A stretch of 64,000 nucleotides of DNA from Hyphomicrobiales bacterium (GCA_013214705.1 JABSRZ010000003.1:320437-384436), one strand, 5' to 3'. Positions 44,992-54,518 are shown, counted from the stretch's first letter. The notes: generated by a model from the letters alone, not told the origin. Made by a program: numbers and translations.

Positions 44992-45324
44992 TTGACTGAG
45001 TATAATGTAATTGTTTTATTGGGGGATAAAGTGGAATTCACAAACAAATCAAATAATCTGAAAGTTCTTTTTGACTCTTACAAAAAGCTCATTTTTGAAA
45101 TTGAAAGTTTTAATGGCAATGATAGCGATGTTTGCCAGGAACAGCGGTTTAACGATGCCGGTAAAATAGCCGATTCAATTGCTGCGTTACCCATAATCTC
45201 AATTCTATGTTGCGCCATTAAAATCGAGTTTGTTAAGTTTTTCCATACCTATGAAGCGCATTCAGACAACCCGGGCAATGTTGCCCTAAATTCAGTTTCC
45301 GAATATTTGAACACCTACAACTAA
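44992..45324 (+). CDS. Hypothetical protein (moron inside the lysis cassette)
   Basis: TTG start. AT-rich upstream region with TTGACA. Followed by its own terminator. Confidence 0.35.
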   Translation: MTEYNVIVLLGDKVEFTNKSNNLKVLFDSYKKLIFEIESFNGNDSDVCQEQRFNDAGKIADSIAALPIISILCCAIKIEFVKFFHTYEAHSDNPGNVALNSVSEYLNTYN

Positions 45325-45352
45325 CCAACCCCAAAACTCAAATTTAGTTTCT

Positions 45353-45375
45353 CCTCGTTTTTACGGGGTTTTTTT
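45353..45375 (+). terminator. Rho-independent terminator after the moron ORF
   Basis: CCTCG (45353-45357) / CGGGG (45364-45368) form a stem with one G-U pair, followed by T7 (45369-45375). Confidence 0.5.
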
Positions 45376-45389
45376 ATGGAGAAAGCGAT

Positions 45390-46124
45390 ATGCAAATTTC
45401 AGACAGCGGCCTTAAAATTATCAAAAAGCACGAAGGTTTAAAGCTGCAAGCTTATAAATGCCCTGCTGGCATTTGGACAATTGGTTACGGCCACACCCAC
45501 CAAGTTAGCAAAGGTGATGTTATTGACGGCGATATGGCCACTGAATACCTTAAAAAAGACGTGCGCCACGCGCAGGAGACGATAAGACGGCTGGTTACAG
45601 TTTCGCTTGAACAGCACCGATTTGATGCGCTGGTGAGCTTTATTTTTAACGTTGGAGCTGGCAATTTTTCAAGTTCGACTTTGTTGAAAATGATGAACAA
45701 AGGCAATTTTGAAGGCGCGGAAGACCAATTTAAACGTTGGAACAAAGCTCGGGTCAAAGGCAAACTTACGCCATTGCGGGGCTTAACGCGCCGCCGTGGA
45801 GATGAGGCCAATTTGTTTGGCAACCACGAACTTGATGATATGCCACAATTTGTTGCGGCTCCAGCCGTTAAAACCAAGCTCAAAAGCAAAACAAACCTTG
45901 CGGCGGTGACAGGTGGTGTTGGCGTGTTGGCCAGCCAAGCAGATGCCATTGGCGGCATGATGGATAAGGTGAAGGAAATATCTGACAAAGGCGGCGATTT
46001 TGTAGATAAATTTGGTGCGGTTTTGAACAGTAGTTGGTTTCCGTTTATCGCCATCGGCGTTGTAATCGTGCTCGGTTACATCATTTTTGAGCGCAATAAA
46101 AAGGTGGATGAATATGGCCTTTAG
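45390..46124 (+). CDS. Endolysin, GH24 (T4/lambda-type lysozyme) with a C-terminal extension containing a TM helix
   Basis: IIKKHEGLKLQAYKCPAGIWTIGYGHT (catalytic Glu context). C-terminal SWFPFIAIGVVIVLGYIIF. Confidence 0.85.
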   Translation: MQISDSGLKIIKKHEGLKLQAYKCPAGIWTIGYGHTHQVSKGDVIDGDMATEYLKKDVRHAQETIRRLVTVSLEQHRFDALVSFIFNVGAGNFSSSTLLKMMNKGNFEGAEDQFKRWNKARVKGKLTPLRGLTRRRGDEANLFGNHELDDMPQFVAAPAVKTKLKSKTNLAAVTGGVGVLASQADAIGGMMDKVKEISDKGGDFVDKFGAVLNSSWFPFIAIGVVIVLGYIIFERNKKVDEYGL

Positions 46125-46416
46125 CGCAATTGGAGCGGGGTTAATGCGCTTATTGGCGCTAATGCCCAAATGGGTGCCGGTTGCGATTGTCGCTGGTTTT
46201 GGCATCTATTACACGGGTGTTAGCCATGGCCGGGCCCCGTATAAACAAGCCGCTGCAATTAGCGCGGCCACATCAAAGGTGGTTACCAAAAACTTCGACT
46301 TAAAAGAAATTCAAACCCGCAAGAATGGAGAAAAAGCAAATGAAGCCCTTAAAAATGTTGAGTGTTTTATTGATGATGATATGGCTAACTGGCTGTCAAT
46401 CAATCGCTCCAATTAG
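46114..46416 (+). CDS. i-spanin (Rz-like) candidate
   Basis: ATG at 46114 behind AAGGTGG. N-terminal TM WVPVAIVAGFGIYYTGV. Overlaps the o-spanin candidate. Confidence 0.55.
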   Translation: MAFSAIGAGLMRLLALMPKWVPVAIVAGFGIYYTGVSHGRAPYKQAAAISAATSKVVTKNFDLKEIQTRKNGEKANEALKNVECFIDDDMANWLSINRSN

Positions 46417-46561
46417 GTTGCCCGAAAAGCTTAAAGAATCTTGCCCCGAAGTTGCGTTTGTAGCCGGTGAACTTATGCCCCAGGTTGTGGTGCTAAAAAC
46501 GGAATATGAGATTTGCAAAGCTAAGCATGAAGCCATAATTCAAATTCTCAAGCCTGATTAA
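46325..46561 (+). CDS. o-spanin (Rz1-like lipoprotein) candidate
   Basis: Lipobox LLMMIWLTGCQS. Starts inside the 3' end of the i-spanin gene in another frame. An alternative ATG lies at 46340. Confidence 0.6.
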   Translation: MEKKQMKPLKMLSVLLMMIWLTGCQSIAPIRLPEKLKESCPEVAFVAGELMPQVVVLKTEYEICKAKHEAIIQILKPD

Positions 46562-46565
46562 GGGC

Positions 46566-46937
46566 CTACAAGCAACTATTGCCAATAAAGCAACTAACGC
46601 CAAGTGCAAGAAATGGATAACAAAAAGTAAAAAGGATAGCAATGGGATAGGCTAACATACGTTTTGCCTCGTTGTCAGATTGATTAAAAACATACCCTGA
46701 TATAATAGAATATGGTATCACATAAGGACTAGCCAAAACCAAATATTGAAAAATAGCAGTGGGTCTGCTGCGTTCGGATTCTGGGGTAAAACTGTAGATG
46801 ATCGTGACCAAAACAGCTAGGAATGCTATACTTAAAAATATTCTAAGAAATGCTGACTTTCCTTTACAAAAAAATAACATGAATTCGAAAATAATAATTT
46901 GAGTTAAAACCAGTGTAACAAAAGCAAATACCAACAT
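46566..46937 (-). CDS. Hypothetical 4-TM membrane protein (accessory cargo)
   Basis: Four hydrophobic segments. AT-rich, opposite strand to the lysis genes. Confidence 0.45.
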   Translation of the reverse strand: MLVFAFVTLVLTQIIIFEFMLFFCKGKSAFLRIFLSIAFLAVLVTIIYSFTPESERSRPTAIFQYLVLASPYVIPYSIISGYVFNQSDNEAKRMLAYPIAILFTFCYPFLALGVSCFIGNSCL

Positions 46938-47117
46938 CCTATATAATCCTCTAAATAATTATATAGGATTTTCATATATCAGGTTGGCATAAATAACAAA
47001 CAACTAAAGCGGTCGAGGTTCACGCCTTGGCCATTTTTTTTGTGACTATAAATTGACAAATAATTCTTAACAATGTTATTTATACTTAATTTTGATTCAA
47101 ATACTAAAGCTCTATTT

Positions 47118-48140
47118 ATGAAAATGAAAACTACTTTTATAATATTTATAATAATTTCTAATATACTTTTTGCATCCGTTACATTTGCAAATGAAAAATC
47201 GCTAGACCTTGCTAATCAGGTAAATACCAGGGCATCACTCGATTTAGCGTGGAAGTATTTTAATGGCGAAGGTGTCGATCAAGATTATGAAAAGGCGTAT
47301 ATTTGGTTCAAAAAAGCCGCAGATAGTGGGGATGCAAAAGCCACTTGGGAAGTCGCAAAGATGTATGGCTATGGTGTAGGAATTGCACAGAATTCAAAAA
47401 AAGGGAATGCATGGTTTGAAAAAGCATTTGTTAGGTTCGAAGAAGCAGGGCTACAGGGCGATGGACATGCTTCACGAAAAGTAGCGGAGATGTACCAATG
47501 GGGAGTTACTGTAGACTGGAATATAGATAAAGCAGTGTTCTGGTTTGAGAGAGCTGGAGAACAGGGCGATGTTCTGGCATTGATGGGGTTGGCATACATA
47601 ATCACATACGGTATCGGAGGCCTGACTTATGATATAGAAAAAGGAAATAGATGGTACAAGAAAGCTGCTGAGCTGGGCAACGCAAAAGCCATGTTTATCA
47701 TGGGTACTAGGTATTTTTATGGCAGAGACCTAATTCAAGATTATGGAAAAGCCCATTACTGGTACATTAAAGCTGCTGAGCAAGGTGACGCATGGGCTCA
47801 TGGTAATTTGGGGGAAATGTTTGAAAAAGGCCTCGGCGTTACAAAGAATTACTCCACTGCGCTCAAACATTACTATTTGTCCGAATATTTGGGAATGTGG
47901 AGCACATCAATTCTTCAATACATAAAATCCATAGAATCCGAAATGACAAGCGCGGAAATTGCTAGGGCAAAACAACTAGCAGATGGATGGTTGAAAGCTC
48001 ATAATCAAGTGCGGATATTAAATACCAGATGCAACAAGTTAAAGACACTTATAAAAAATGTAAGCAAAACCGAAGCCGCAAACATGGGTTTCACTCATCA
48101 AGAATTTGCTAGAGGTATAGGGTGTTGGTGGGCTAATTAA
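47118..48140 (+). CDS. Secreted Sel1-repeat (SLR/TPR-like) protein
   Basis: ATG at 47118. Signal peptide MKMKTTFIIFIIISNILFASVTFA. Repeated units such as GVDQDYEKAYIWFKKAADSGDAKATWEVAKMY and DYGKAHYWYIKAAEQGDAWAHGNLGEMF. Confidence 0.8.
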   Translation: MKMKTTFIIFIIISNILFASVTFANEKSLDLANQVNTRASLDLAWKYFNGEGVDQDYEKAYIWFKKAADSGDAKATWEVAKMYGYGVGIAQNSKKGNAWFEKAFVRFEEAGLQGDGHASRKVAEMYQWGVTVDWNIDKAVFWFERAGEQGDVLALMGLAYIITYGIGGLTYDIEKGNRWYKKAAELGNAKAMFIMGTRYFYGRDLIQDYGKAHYWYIKAAEQGDAWAHGNLGEMFEKGLGVTKNYSTALKHYYLSEYLGMWSTSILQYIKSIESEMTSAEIARAKQLADGWLKAHNQVRILNTRCNKLKTLIKNVSKTEAANMGFTHQEFARGIGCWWAN

Positions 48141-48460
48141 CGTAATTATAAGCAGTCTATAACAGTTAAATTTTACGACTGTTTGCACTACCCACAACAA
48201 CCCCAGTTATTCAATTTGGGTGCAAAATCTGTATGCGCTGCGAAGGTCTTAATTGGGATGAAATGATCGAGAAACACGGCGACTTAAATATTGAACAGGC
48301 GCAAGCATTGTTGAAACGTTTTGGATGTACCAAGTGCAATGGCCGTGAATTTAACTGGCAGATAATTCCTGATTATTCAAAAAATGGCAGGTCGTGAACA
48401 ACGAAAAAACAGCCCAAACGGCTGGAATGTTTTTAAAAGTAGTGATGATAGTATTTAGTT

Positions 48461-48952
48461 TTAGTTTGGAGCCTTGCACCAATCTTTTGTTTTTTTGCCG
48501 CCAAAATATGGCACCGCAATTTTTTGCTCTAGCAATAAGGCCGACAGGCTTATTCTGTTATCATTCTTGAAAAAGTACAAATCACCAATTACCCTACCGG
48601 CATATTTACCAATAAAGATATTTTCAATCTCCACAATATCCCCAACTTTTATGAAGGTTTTTACAAAATCAGAAGCTGCTTTGGCCAGAGATTTTTCTAG
48701 TTGACATTTTGGACGATACTTTTCTGGTGTGTCTATACCGTTGACCCTTAGACCCACTTCTATTTTTGTTAATGGCCAGACAGAAACATTCAATTTAATG
48801 GTGTCACTGTCGGTTATTTTCAACACGGTAGCACTATAAACGCCCCGTAATATTTCCTTAGCAAAAACAGTGGTAGGCATCAAAAAAAAAACTGCAAGGA
48901 ACAAATAACGTACAATATTTCTATTGAAATATATTTTTTGTAATAATTTCAT
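48461..48952 (-). CDS. Secreted thermonuclease (staphylococcal nuclease-like)
   Basis: Signal-like N-terminus. VLKITDSDTIKL, RVNGIDTPE and GKYAGRVIGDLY match the SNase pattern (R..GID.PE ... D.YGR). Confidence 0.75.
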   Translation of the reverse strand: MKLLQKIYFNRNIVRYLFLAVFFLMPTTVFAKEILRGVYSATVLKITDSDTIKLNVSVWPLTKIEVGLRVNGIDTPEKYRPKCQLEKSLAKAASDFVKTFIKVGDIVEIENIFIGKYAGRVIGDLYFFKNDNRISLSALLLEQKIAVPYFGGKKTKDWCKAPN

Positions 48953-49115
48953 CAGCTTAATAACCTAGTGTATCCAGTCGATCATCGGGGCGACGCTGAA
49001 GCGTCTGTTGATATTTTTGGATTTCATCATGCGGGATCTGCGAAACTGTAATTTATATTTTACGCGCGACTTATAGCAGTTGAGATTTAAAAATGAAAGA
49101 TGATATAAAATTAAT

Positions 49116-49946
49116 TCAAGAATCATCTTTATCGGTTGGCAAAGGGCGTTTTTGCTCGCCAGTATACGACCAAAGATAGTTTTTGGGCATCGGGCCTTTA
49201 TTGCGTTCATCTTGTTGGGTTTGCTCCCACGCATGCGCCAAAATGCCCACAGAACGTGACAAGCAAAACAAGCCTCGCGCCAGCGGGGCGGCAAAACCCA
49301 GCTCGGCATATATAACTGCCGTTGCACCATCTATATTCATCGGGATTTTTTTGCCCTTGCGCTGGCCTAATTCGGCTTCGACCTGTATGGCTATGTCGGC
49401 ATATTTACCCGATACAACGCCAATTTTGGCGGCTTTATAGACTTGGTCTAACAATGGTTTTGCCCGGGGATCGATGGGATGAAAACGATGGCCAAAGCCG
49501 GGTAAAAACTTGCCATGATGCTGATTATAATGGGTTATCTCGGCGGCTACACTTTCATTTAAACTAGCGCCCTGCTGCATTCTTTGGGCTATATTTGTAT
49601 ATATTTCTATGGCTTGCTCACCCGCGCCGCCATGCACATCGCCCAGCACATTCATCGCCGAGGCCATGGCATTGTTAAGCCCCACCCCGCAAGTGGCCGC
49701 CATGCGCGCAATGGCGATAGACGGCGCTTGTGGCCCGTGATCGACAGCCGACATCAACGCGATGTCTAGCAAATTTGCCTGTTGTTTGGTCGGCAATTCG
49801 CCGCGCAACATGAGCCAAATCATTTGCGAAAAACTAATTTGGCCGATGAGGTCTTGAACCTCATAACCCCGATAACGTATCTCGCCGGGCTTCATCTCAA
49901 TGATGTCAGTTCGCCACCAATTGGCTACATTTTGATCTTGTGTCAT
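49116..49946 (-). CDS. Citryl-CoA lyase / short citrate-synthase-family protein
   Basis: VDHGPQAPS, GDVHGGAGE, LPGFGHRFHP.DPRA are citrate-synthase-fold motifs. The start overlaps the CoA-transferase stop. Confidence 0.7.
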   Translation of the reverse strand: MTQDQNVANWWRTDIIEMKPGEIRYRGYEVQDLIGQISFSQMIWLMLRGELPTKQQANLLDIALMSAVDHGPQAPSIAIARMAATCGVGLNNAMASAMNVLGDVHGGAGEQAIEIYTNIAQRMQQGASLNESVAAEITHYNQHHGKFLPGFGHRFHPIDPRAKPLLDQVYKAAKIGVVSGKYADIAIQVEAELGQRKGKKIPMNIDGATAVIYAELGFAAPLARGLFCLSRSVGILAHAWEQTQQDERNKGPMPKNYLWSYTGEQKRPLPTDKDDS

Positions 49947-51142
49947 CAGACAACTCCATCTTGTTTTAGCTGGGCAATTTGGTCTAAATTATAGCCCATA
50001 TCGGCCAATATCTCGTCTGAATGTTGCCCAAGCGCCGGTGGCGGGCAAGATGTGGTGAGCGGCTGGCCATTTAATTTAATGCCCGGGCGGGCGATTTTAA
50101 TATCGCGGTTTAGGCCTTGCGTGTCGCTAAATGTGGCTATCAGCCCGCGGGTGGCAATTTGTTCCTGCGCCAAAGCTTGTTCAACCGAAGCCACACAACC
50201 GGCCGGAATGCCAGCTGCATTAAACTGGGTGCGCCAATATTCGGCATCATTTGACTGCATAGCCGTTTCTAACAATTGCTTAAGTTCTTGACGATGTTTC
50301 AAACGTTGTGCGCGTTGGCTAAATCGCGGGTCTTCTATAAGTTCTGGAAGTTCTAATATATGACACACGGCTTCAAATTGCTGTTGTTTATTGGCGGCAA
50401 TGTTAATGAGGCCATCTCCAGTTTTGAAAGCTCCGGAAGGGCTGGCGGTAAAATTATCGTTGCCCATCGGTTGCGGTTCTTTGCCAGCCACTAGATAATT
50501 TGAAACCACCCAGCCCATGGTCGAAATTACCGATTCTAGCAATGAAATATCCAAAAAACATCCGGGCCTGCATTTGTGGTTGTATAATGCAGAGGCAATT
50601 GCAAAAGCTGCGGTCATGCCGCCGATGGAATCGGCCATCGGGTAACCCACGCGCAGCGGCGCAGAATCGGGGCTGCCAGTGATGCTCATCACGCCCGACA
50701 TGCCCTGAATGATTTGATCATAAGCTGGCAAATCTTTTAACGGACCATCCTGCCCAAAACCCGAAATTGCGCAATAGACCAACGACGAATTTTCCTGCAG
50801 CAAAGTCTCATAACCGACGCCAAGCCGGTCCATCACCCCGGGACGGAAATTCTCAACCACAACATCTGCATCGCGTACCATCTGTTTAAATAGCTGTTTG
50901 CCTTGGTCATTTTTTAAATTGATGGTTATTGATTTCTTGCCGGAATTTTGTGCCAAGAAAGAAACCCCCATATGCTGCTCATTTAGCTCAGAATCAGCGC
51001 CCAACTGCCGCGCCAAATCGCCTATTTTGGGAATTTCAACTTTAATAACCTCTGCGCCCATATGAGCCAATTGATGGCAGCAAAAAGGCCCGGCTAACAC
51101 ATTTGTCAAATCTAAGATGCGAATATTCTCAAGTGGCTTCAT
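49946..51142 (-). CDS. Family III (CaiB/BaiF) CoA-transferase
   Basis: MKPLENIRILDLTNVLAGPFCCHQLAHMGAEVIKVE. ATG at 51142 (the track start 51154 is a GTG). Confidence 0.85.
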   Translation of the reverse strand: MKPLENIRILDLTNVLAGPFCCHQLAHMGAEVIKVEIPKIGDLARQLGADSELNEQHMGVSFLAQNSGKKSITINLKNDQGKQLFKQMVRDADVVVENFRPGVMDRLGVGYETLLQENSSLVYCAISGFGQDGPLKDLPAYDQIIQGMSGVMSITGSPDSAPLRVGYPMADSIGGMTAAFAIASALYNHKCRPGCFLDISLLESVISTMGWVVSNYLVAGKEPQPMGNDNFTASPSGAFKTGDGLINIAANKQQQFEAVCHILELPELIEDPRFSQRAQRLKHRQELKQLLETAMQSNDAEYWRTQFNAAGIPAGCVASVEQALAQEQIATRGLIATFSDTQGLNRDIKIARPGIKLNGQPLTTSCPPPALGQHSDEILADMGYNLDQIAQLKQDGVV

Positions 51143-51314
51143 ATTACATTCCACTTTCTTAAATGTAACAAGTTACACCCTAATTCTGGTGGGTGGTATT
51201 ATGATTTAACATTAATATTCTGTTTTGAATTGTCAAATAAATTAGATCATACTGACACAATATGTCAGTAGGGTTTTGATATGGTGTAAATGAAATCAAC
51301 TTAAGGAATATAAA

Positions 51315-51770
51315 ATGATCCACCACCAAAGAAGTCTAGACATCGATGCCACGCCAGAGAATATATGGGCAGAAATTAGCCGCTTCATGCATATTGACGA
51401 GTTTGCACCGCTTATAGAATCGGTTGAGGCGCTTACCGAAGGTGAAGATGGCGTAGGCTCTAAAAGACGCTGCCATTTTGCCGATGGCTCATCTATGGCA
51501 GAAGAAGTCATTGAATGGGAGGCTAATCACAAATATCGTGTACGCTTATCAGAACTATCGCCGATGCCACTGCATGAATCGCAGGCCCAATTGTCTTTGA
51601 CACGGCTGAACGCCAAACAAACCAGAGTTACATGGGGTATGGATTACCGGGTTAAATATGGCCCATTCGGTTGGTTACTTGGCCAAACAATGATGAAAAT
51701 TATGATGGGTAAAATTTTGGATGGCAATTTAAAGGGCTTATCCGACAAATTGGCCGCTAAGCCGATATAA
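51315..51770 (+). CDS. SRPBCC (polyketide cyclase/dehydrase-like) family protein
   Basis: 151 aa. DATPENIWAEISRF... has the typical SRPBCC N-terminal pattern. Confidence 0.55.
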   Translation: MIHHQRSLDIDATPENIWAEISRFMHIDEFAPLIESVEALTEGEDGVGSKRRCHFADGSSMAEEVIEWEANHKYRVRLSELSPMPLHESQAQLSLTRLNAKQTRVTWGMDYRVKYGPFGWLLGQTMMKIMMGKILDGNLKGLSDKLAAKPI

Positions 51771-51896
51771 TTTTGCTTTTTGAAATTTTAACGGGTTTAA
51801 TTTTCAAATGCCTGAAAAATATGTTCATTTATTGGCTTATGTTGTTTAAATATATCTGACATCTAGAATCAATATCAATTTAAATGAATAGTCAAA

Positions 51897-53396
51897 ATGC
51901 GAATATTTGTAGCTGGCATAGCCACCGAAACCAATAGTTTCAGCCCGATATTTGTCGGGCTGGACGATTTTAAGGCATCGCTTTATGCCGCGCCCTATAA
52001 ACATCCTGAAACGCCTACCCTATGCACCGCGGCGCTTGTAGTGCTGCGCCAGCGCGCCAAAAAAGACGGCATCGACTTAATTGAAGGCACAACCAGTTGG
52101 GCTGACCCGGGTGGGCTGATTTCGCAACAATGTTATGAGACCTTGCGCGATGAAATTTTGGCCCAAGTTACAGCCGCCATTAAACAACAGCCACTAGATG
52201 GTGTGGTTTTATGCTTACATGGCGCGATGATAGCCCAAGGTTATGACGACCCCGAAGGCGAACTTATTTGCCAAATTAGAAAATTAGTTGGCGACAAAAC
52301 CATTATTGGGGCCAACCTTGACCCACATAGCCATTTAACCGCCAAACGGTTTGAATATGCAGATATTTTATGTGCGTTTAAGGAGTTTCCACACACTGAT
52401 TTTGTGCAAACAGGTGAGCAAATTGTTGATCTGGTGATCCGCAGTATAAAGGGTGAAATTAAGCCGAAAATGGCGCAATATGACTGCAAAATGATTGACA
52501 TATTTCCGTCGTCTCGCCAGCCTATGCGCCAATTTGTCGATGATATGCTTGATGGTGAACGGCAACAAGGTGTATTGAGCTTATCGCTAATACACGGCTT
52601 TATGGCCGGTGATTCGCCATGGATGGGCACAAAAATGATTGCCATTTATGATGACAATATGGATATTGCGGCGCATTTGGCCAAAGATTTTGGCGATAAA
52701 ATAATTAGCATCCGTGGGCAATCGATGCCATCCATGTTGACCGAGGACATTGCCGTGGAGCAGGCTTTGTTGGTAGTTACCAAACAGCAAACACCGGTTA
52801 TCATTGCCGATGTTTGGGACAACCCCGGCGGCGGCGTTGCGGGCGATGGCACTATAATTTTGCAAAGCCTGCTGTCTCTAAAACCGAAAAATACAAATAT
52901 CAAAATTGCCATCGGCACCATATGGGACCCTATGGCCGTGCAGCTGTGTTTTAAGGCCGGTATTGGGGCTATTATACCGCTGAGATTTGGTGCTAAATCT
53001 GCGCCAAATACTGGCCAACCGATAGATAAAATGGTGACGGTTATAAATTTAAACGCCGAAGCCGCACAGACTTTTGGCGCGTCTCAAGTGCCTATGGGAG
53101 CATCTGTGGTGATAGAATTTGAGGGCGTGCAGGTGATTTTAAACAGCACCAGAGCCCAAGCGTTTGAGCCTAGCCTGTTTGAAAATATGGGCATTGAGCC
53201 CTTGTCTCAGGACATATTGGTGATTAAATCGACAAATCATTTTTACGCTGGGTTTAATAAAATCTCTGACCATATTATATATTGTGATGCTGGCAAGCCC
53301 TACCCTAACAACCCCAAAACCACCGCATACACCAAAGCGCCAAAAAATATTTGGCCACTTGTTGATGACCCATGGGGTTGTGTTGATGATCCGTGA
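51897..53396 (+). CDS. M81 family metallopeptidase (MlrC-like)
   Basis: MRIFVAGIATETNSFSP and about 500 aa, typical of the MlrC N- and C-terminal domains. Confidence 0.7.
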   Translation: MRIFVAGIATETNSFSPIFVGLDDFKASLYAAPYKHPETPTLCTAALVVLRQRAKKDGIDLIEGTTSWADPGGLISQQCYETLRDEILAQVTAAIKQQPLDGVVLCLHGAMIAQGYDDPEGELICQIRKLVGDKTIIGANLDPHSHLTAKRFEYADILCAFKEFPHTDFVQTGEQIVDLVIRSIKGEIKPKMAQYDCKMIDIFPSSRQPMRQFVDDMLDGERQQGVLSLSLIHGFMAGDSPWMGTKMIAIYDDNMDIAAHLAKDFGDKIISIRGQSMPSMLTEDIAVEQALLVVTKQQTPVIIADVWDNPGGGVAGDGTIILQSLLSLKPKNTNIKIAIGTIWDPMAVQLCFKAGIGAIIPLRFGAKSAPNTGQPIDKMVTVINLNAEAAQTFGASQVPMGASVVIEFEGVQVILNSTRAQAFEPSLFENMGIEPLSQDILVIKSTNHFYAGFNKISDHIIYCDAGKPYPNNPKTTAYTKAPKNIWPLVDDPWGCVDDP

Positions 53397-53467
53397 AGTT
53401 GATAAATAAACCAAACTAATTTTGATTTTTAATTGACTATTTAGTGCGATTATTTATCTATGAGGGC

Positions 53468-54355
53468 ATGGATAGACGTTCGATAAAATTTGATTGGAAC
53501 CGCGCCCGTGCCTTTTTGGTGACTGCAGAAGAAGGTTCACTGTCGGCCGCGGCCAGAGCCTTGGGCATGGCGCAACCAACTTTAAGCCGGCAAGTGAGCG
53601 CGCTTGAAGCTGAGCTTGGTGTGCTGTTATTTGAGCGGGTCGGCCATGGTTTGGAACTCACCCACAGCGGCAAGCAATTGCTAGAGCATGTCCGCGCTAT
53701 GGGCGAGGCCGCAAACTCATTTTCGCTGACCTCACATGGGCAAGCACAAGCCATAGAGGGCAATGTATGCATTGCGGTGGGGCAAGCCTATGCGGTGCAT
53801 TTTCTGCCGGCTATTATTGCCAAAATCAGGCAAATCGAACCCGGCATCACTATCGAGCTAGAAATATCCAACCAACCCAGCGATTTAAAACGCCGCGAGG
53901 CTGACATTGCCATCCGTAATTTCAGACCTACTGAGCCAGATTTAATCGCCAAAAAAATTAGAGACGCTTACGGCTATCTATATGCAACACCAGAATATAT
54001 TGAAACCTTGGGCAACCCCAAAACGCCCTATGATTTGCGAAATGCCGATTTTATCAATATAGACAAAGGCATGGGCTTGATGAAAGGCCTGAACGCCGCG
54101 GGTTTTAACCTGACCGAAAAGAATTTTCCGATAGTTTCTGAAGACCATATCGTTAGTTGGGAGCTAACCAAAAATGGCCTTGGGCTTGGCATTATAGATG
54201 CCGTTATCGGTGATGCTGAACCAAAAGTTAAACGGGTGTTGCCCGATATGGAACCGTTCGCCTTTTCGATTTGGTTGGTGGCGCACCGGGAATTAAACAC
54301 CAGCCCGCGCATCCGCATGGTGTTTGACCTGTTGGCGCAAGAGCTAGCAAATTAA
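53468..54355 (+). CDS. LysR-family transcriptional regulator
   Basis: FDWNRARAFLVTAEEGSLSAAARALGMAQPTLSRQVSALEAELGVLLFER. ATG at 53468. Confidence 0.9.
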   Translation: MDRRSIKFDWNRARAFLVTAEEGSLSAAARALGMAQPTLSRQVSALEAELGVLLFERVGHGLELTHSGKQLLEHVRAMGEAANSFSLTSHGQAQAIEGNVCIAVGQAYAVHFLPAIIAKIRQIEPGITIELEISNQPSDLKRREADIAIRNFRPTEPDLIAKKIRDAYGYLYATPEYIETLGNPKTPYDLRNADFINIDKGMGLMKGLNAAGFNLTEKNFPIVSEDHIVSWELTKNGLGLGIIDAVIGDAEPKVKRVLPDMEPFAFSIWLVAHRELNTSPRIRMVFDLLAQELAN

Positions 54356-54518
54356 ACCCAACAAGCCAAATAATTCAAAACTTAAGGCCTATGCAAATTG
54401 GTATAGATAGTCTGTTAAATTGGGCAATTTATCATATGAATAAATATGGTTATCTTACTTTCAACAAATAACTAACCGCTATCTTAACCACCAGATAGCC
54501 TTGTCGAAAGTGAAATTA

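Larger units (their letters stand above)
1..48960. mobile_element. Prophage (lambdoid early and head modules plus a Mu/P2-like contractile tail). The left end lies beyond the window; the right end is somewhere between 48141 and 49115.
   Basis: Continuous set of repressor/cro, replication, terminase, portal, capsid, sheath/tube/tape-measure/baseplate/fibre and lysis genes. Composition and gene content switch to housekeeping metabolism after about 49.1 kb. No integrase or att repeat seen in the window. Confidence 0.85.

Noticed and set aside
45485-46205. Minus-strand ORFs of 189 aa and 140 aa over the endolysin gene
   Set aside because: Antisense to a gene with an unmistakable GH24 lysozyme motif. 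Their own products are Ser/Pro/Ala-rich with no features.
48965-49330. 121-aa minus-strand ORF overlapping the 3' part of the citryl-CoA lyase gene
   Set aside because: An out-of-frame overlap with a well-supported gene on the same strand, with no motif. Likely spurious.
51164-51177. Palindrome TGTAAC-AA-GTTACA just upstream of the CoA-transferase gene. It shares the 11-mer ACAAGTTACAC with the terminase-region repeat at 25020-25034, and was considered as an att/cos-related or phage-host regulatory link.
   Set aside because: The site lies 2 kb inside host DNA beyond the likely prophage end. It is more simply explained as an operator for a local host regulator. A single 11-mer match cannot be distinguished from chance without a search.
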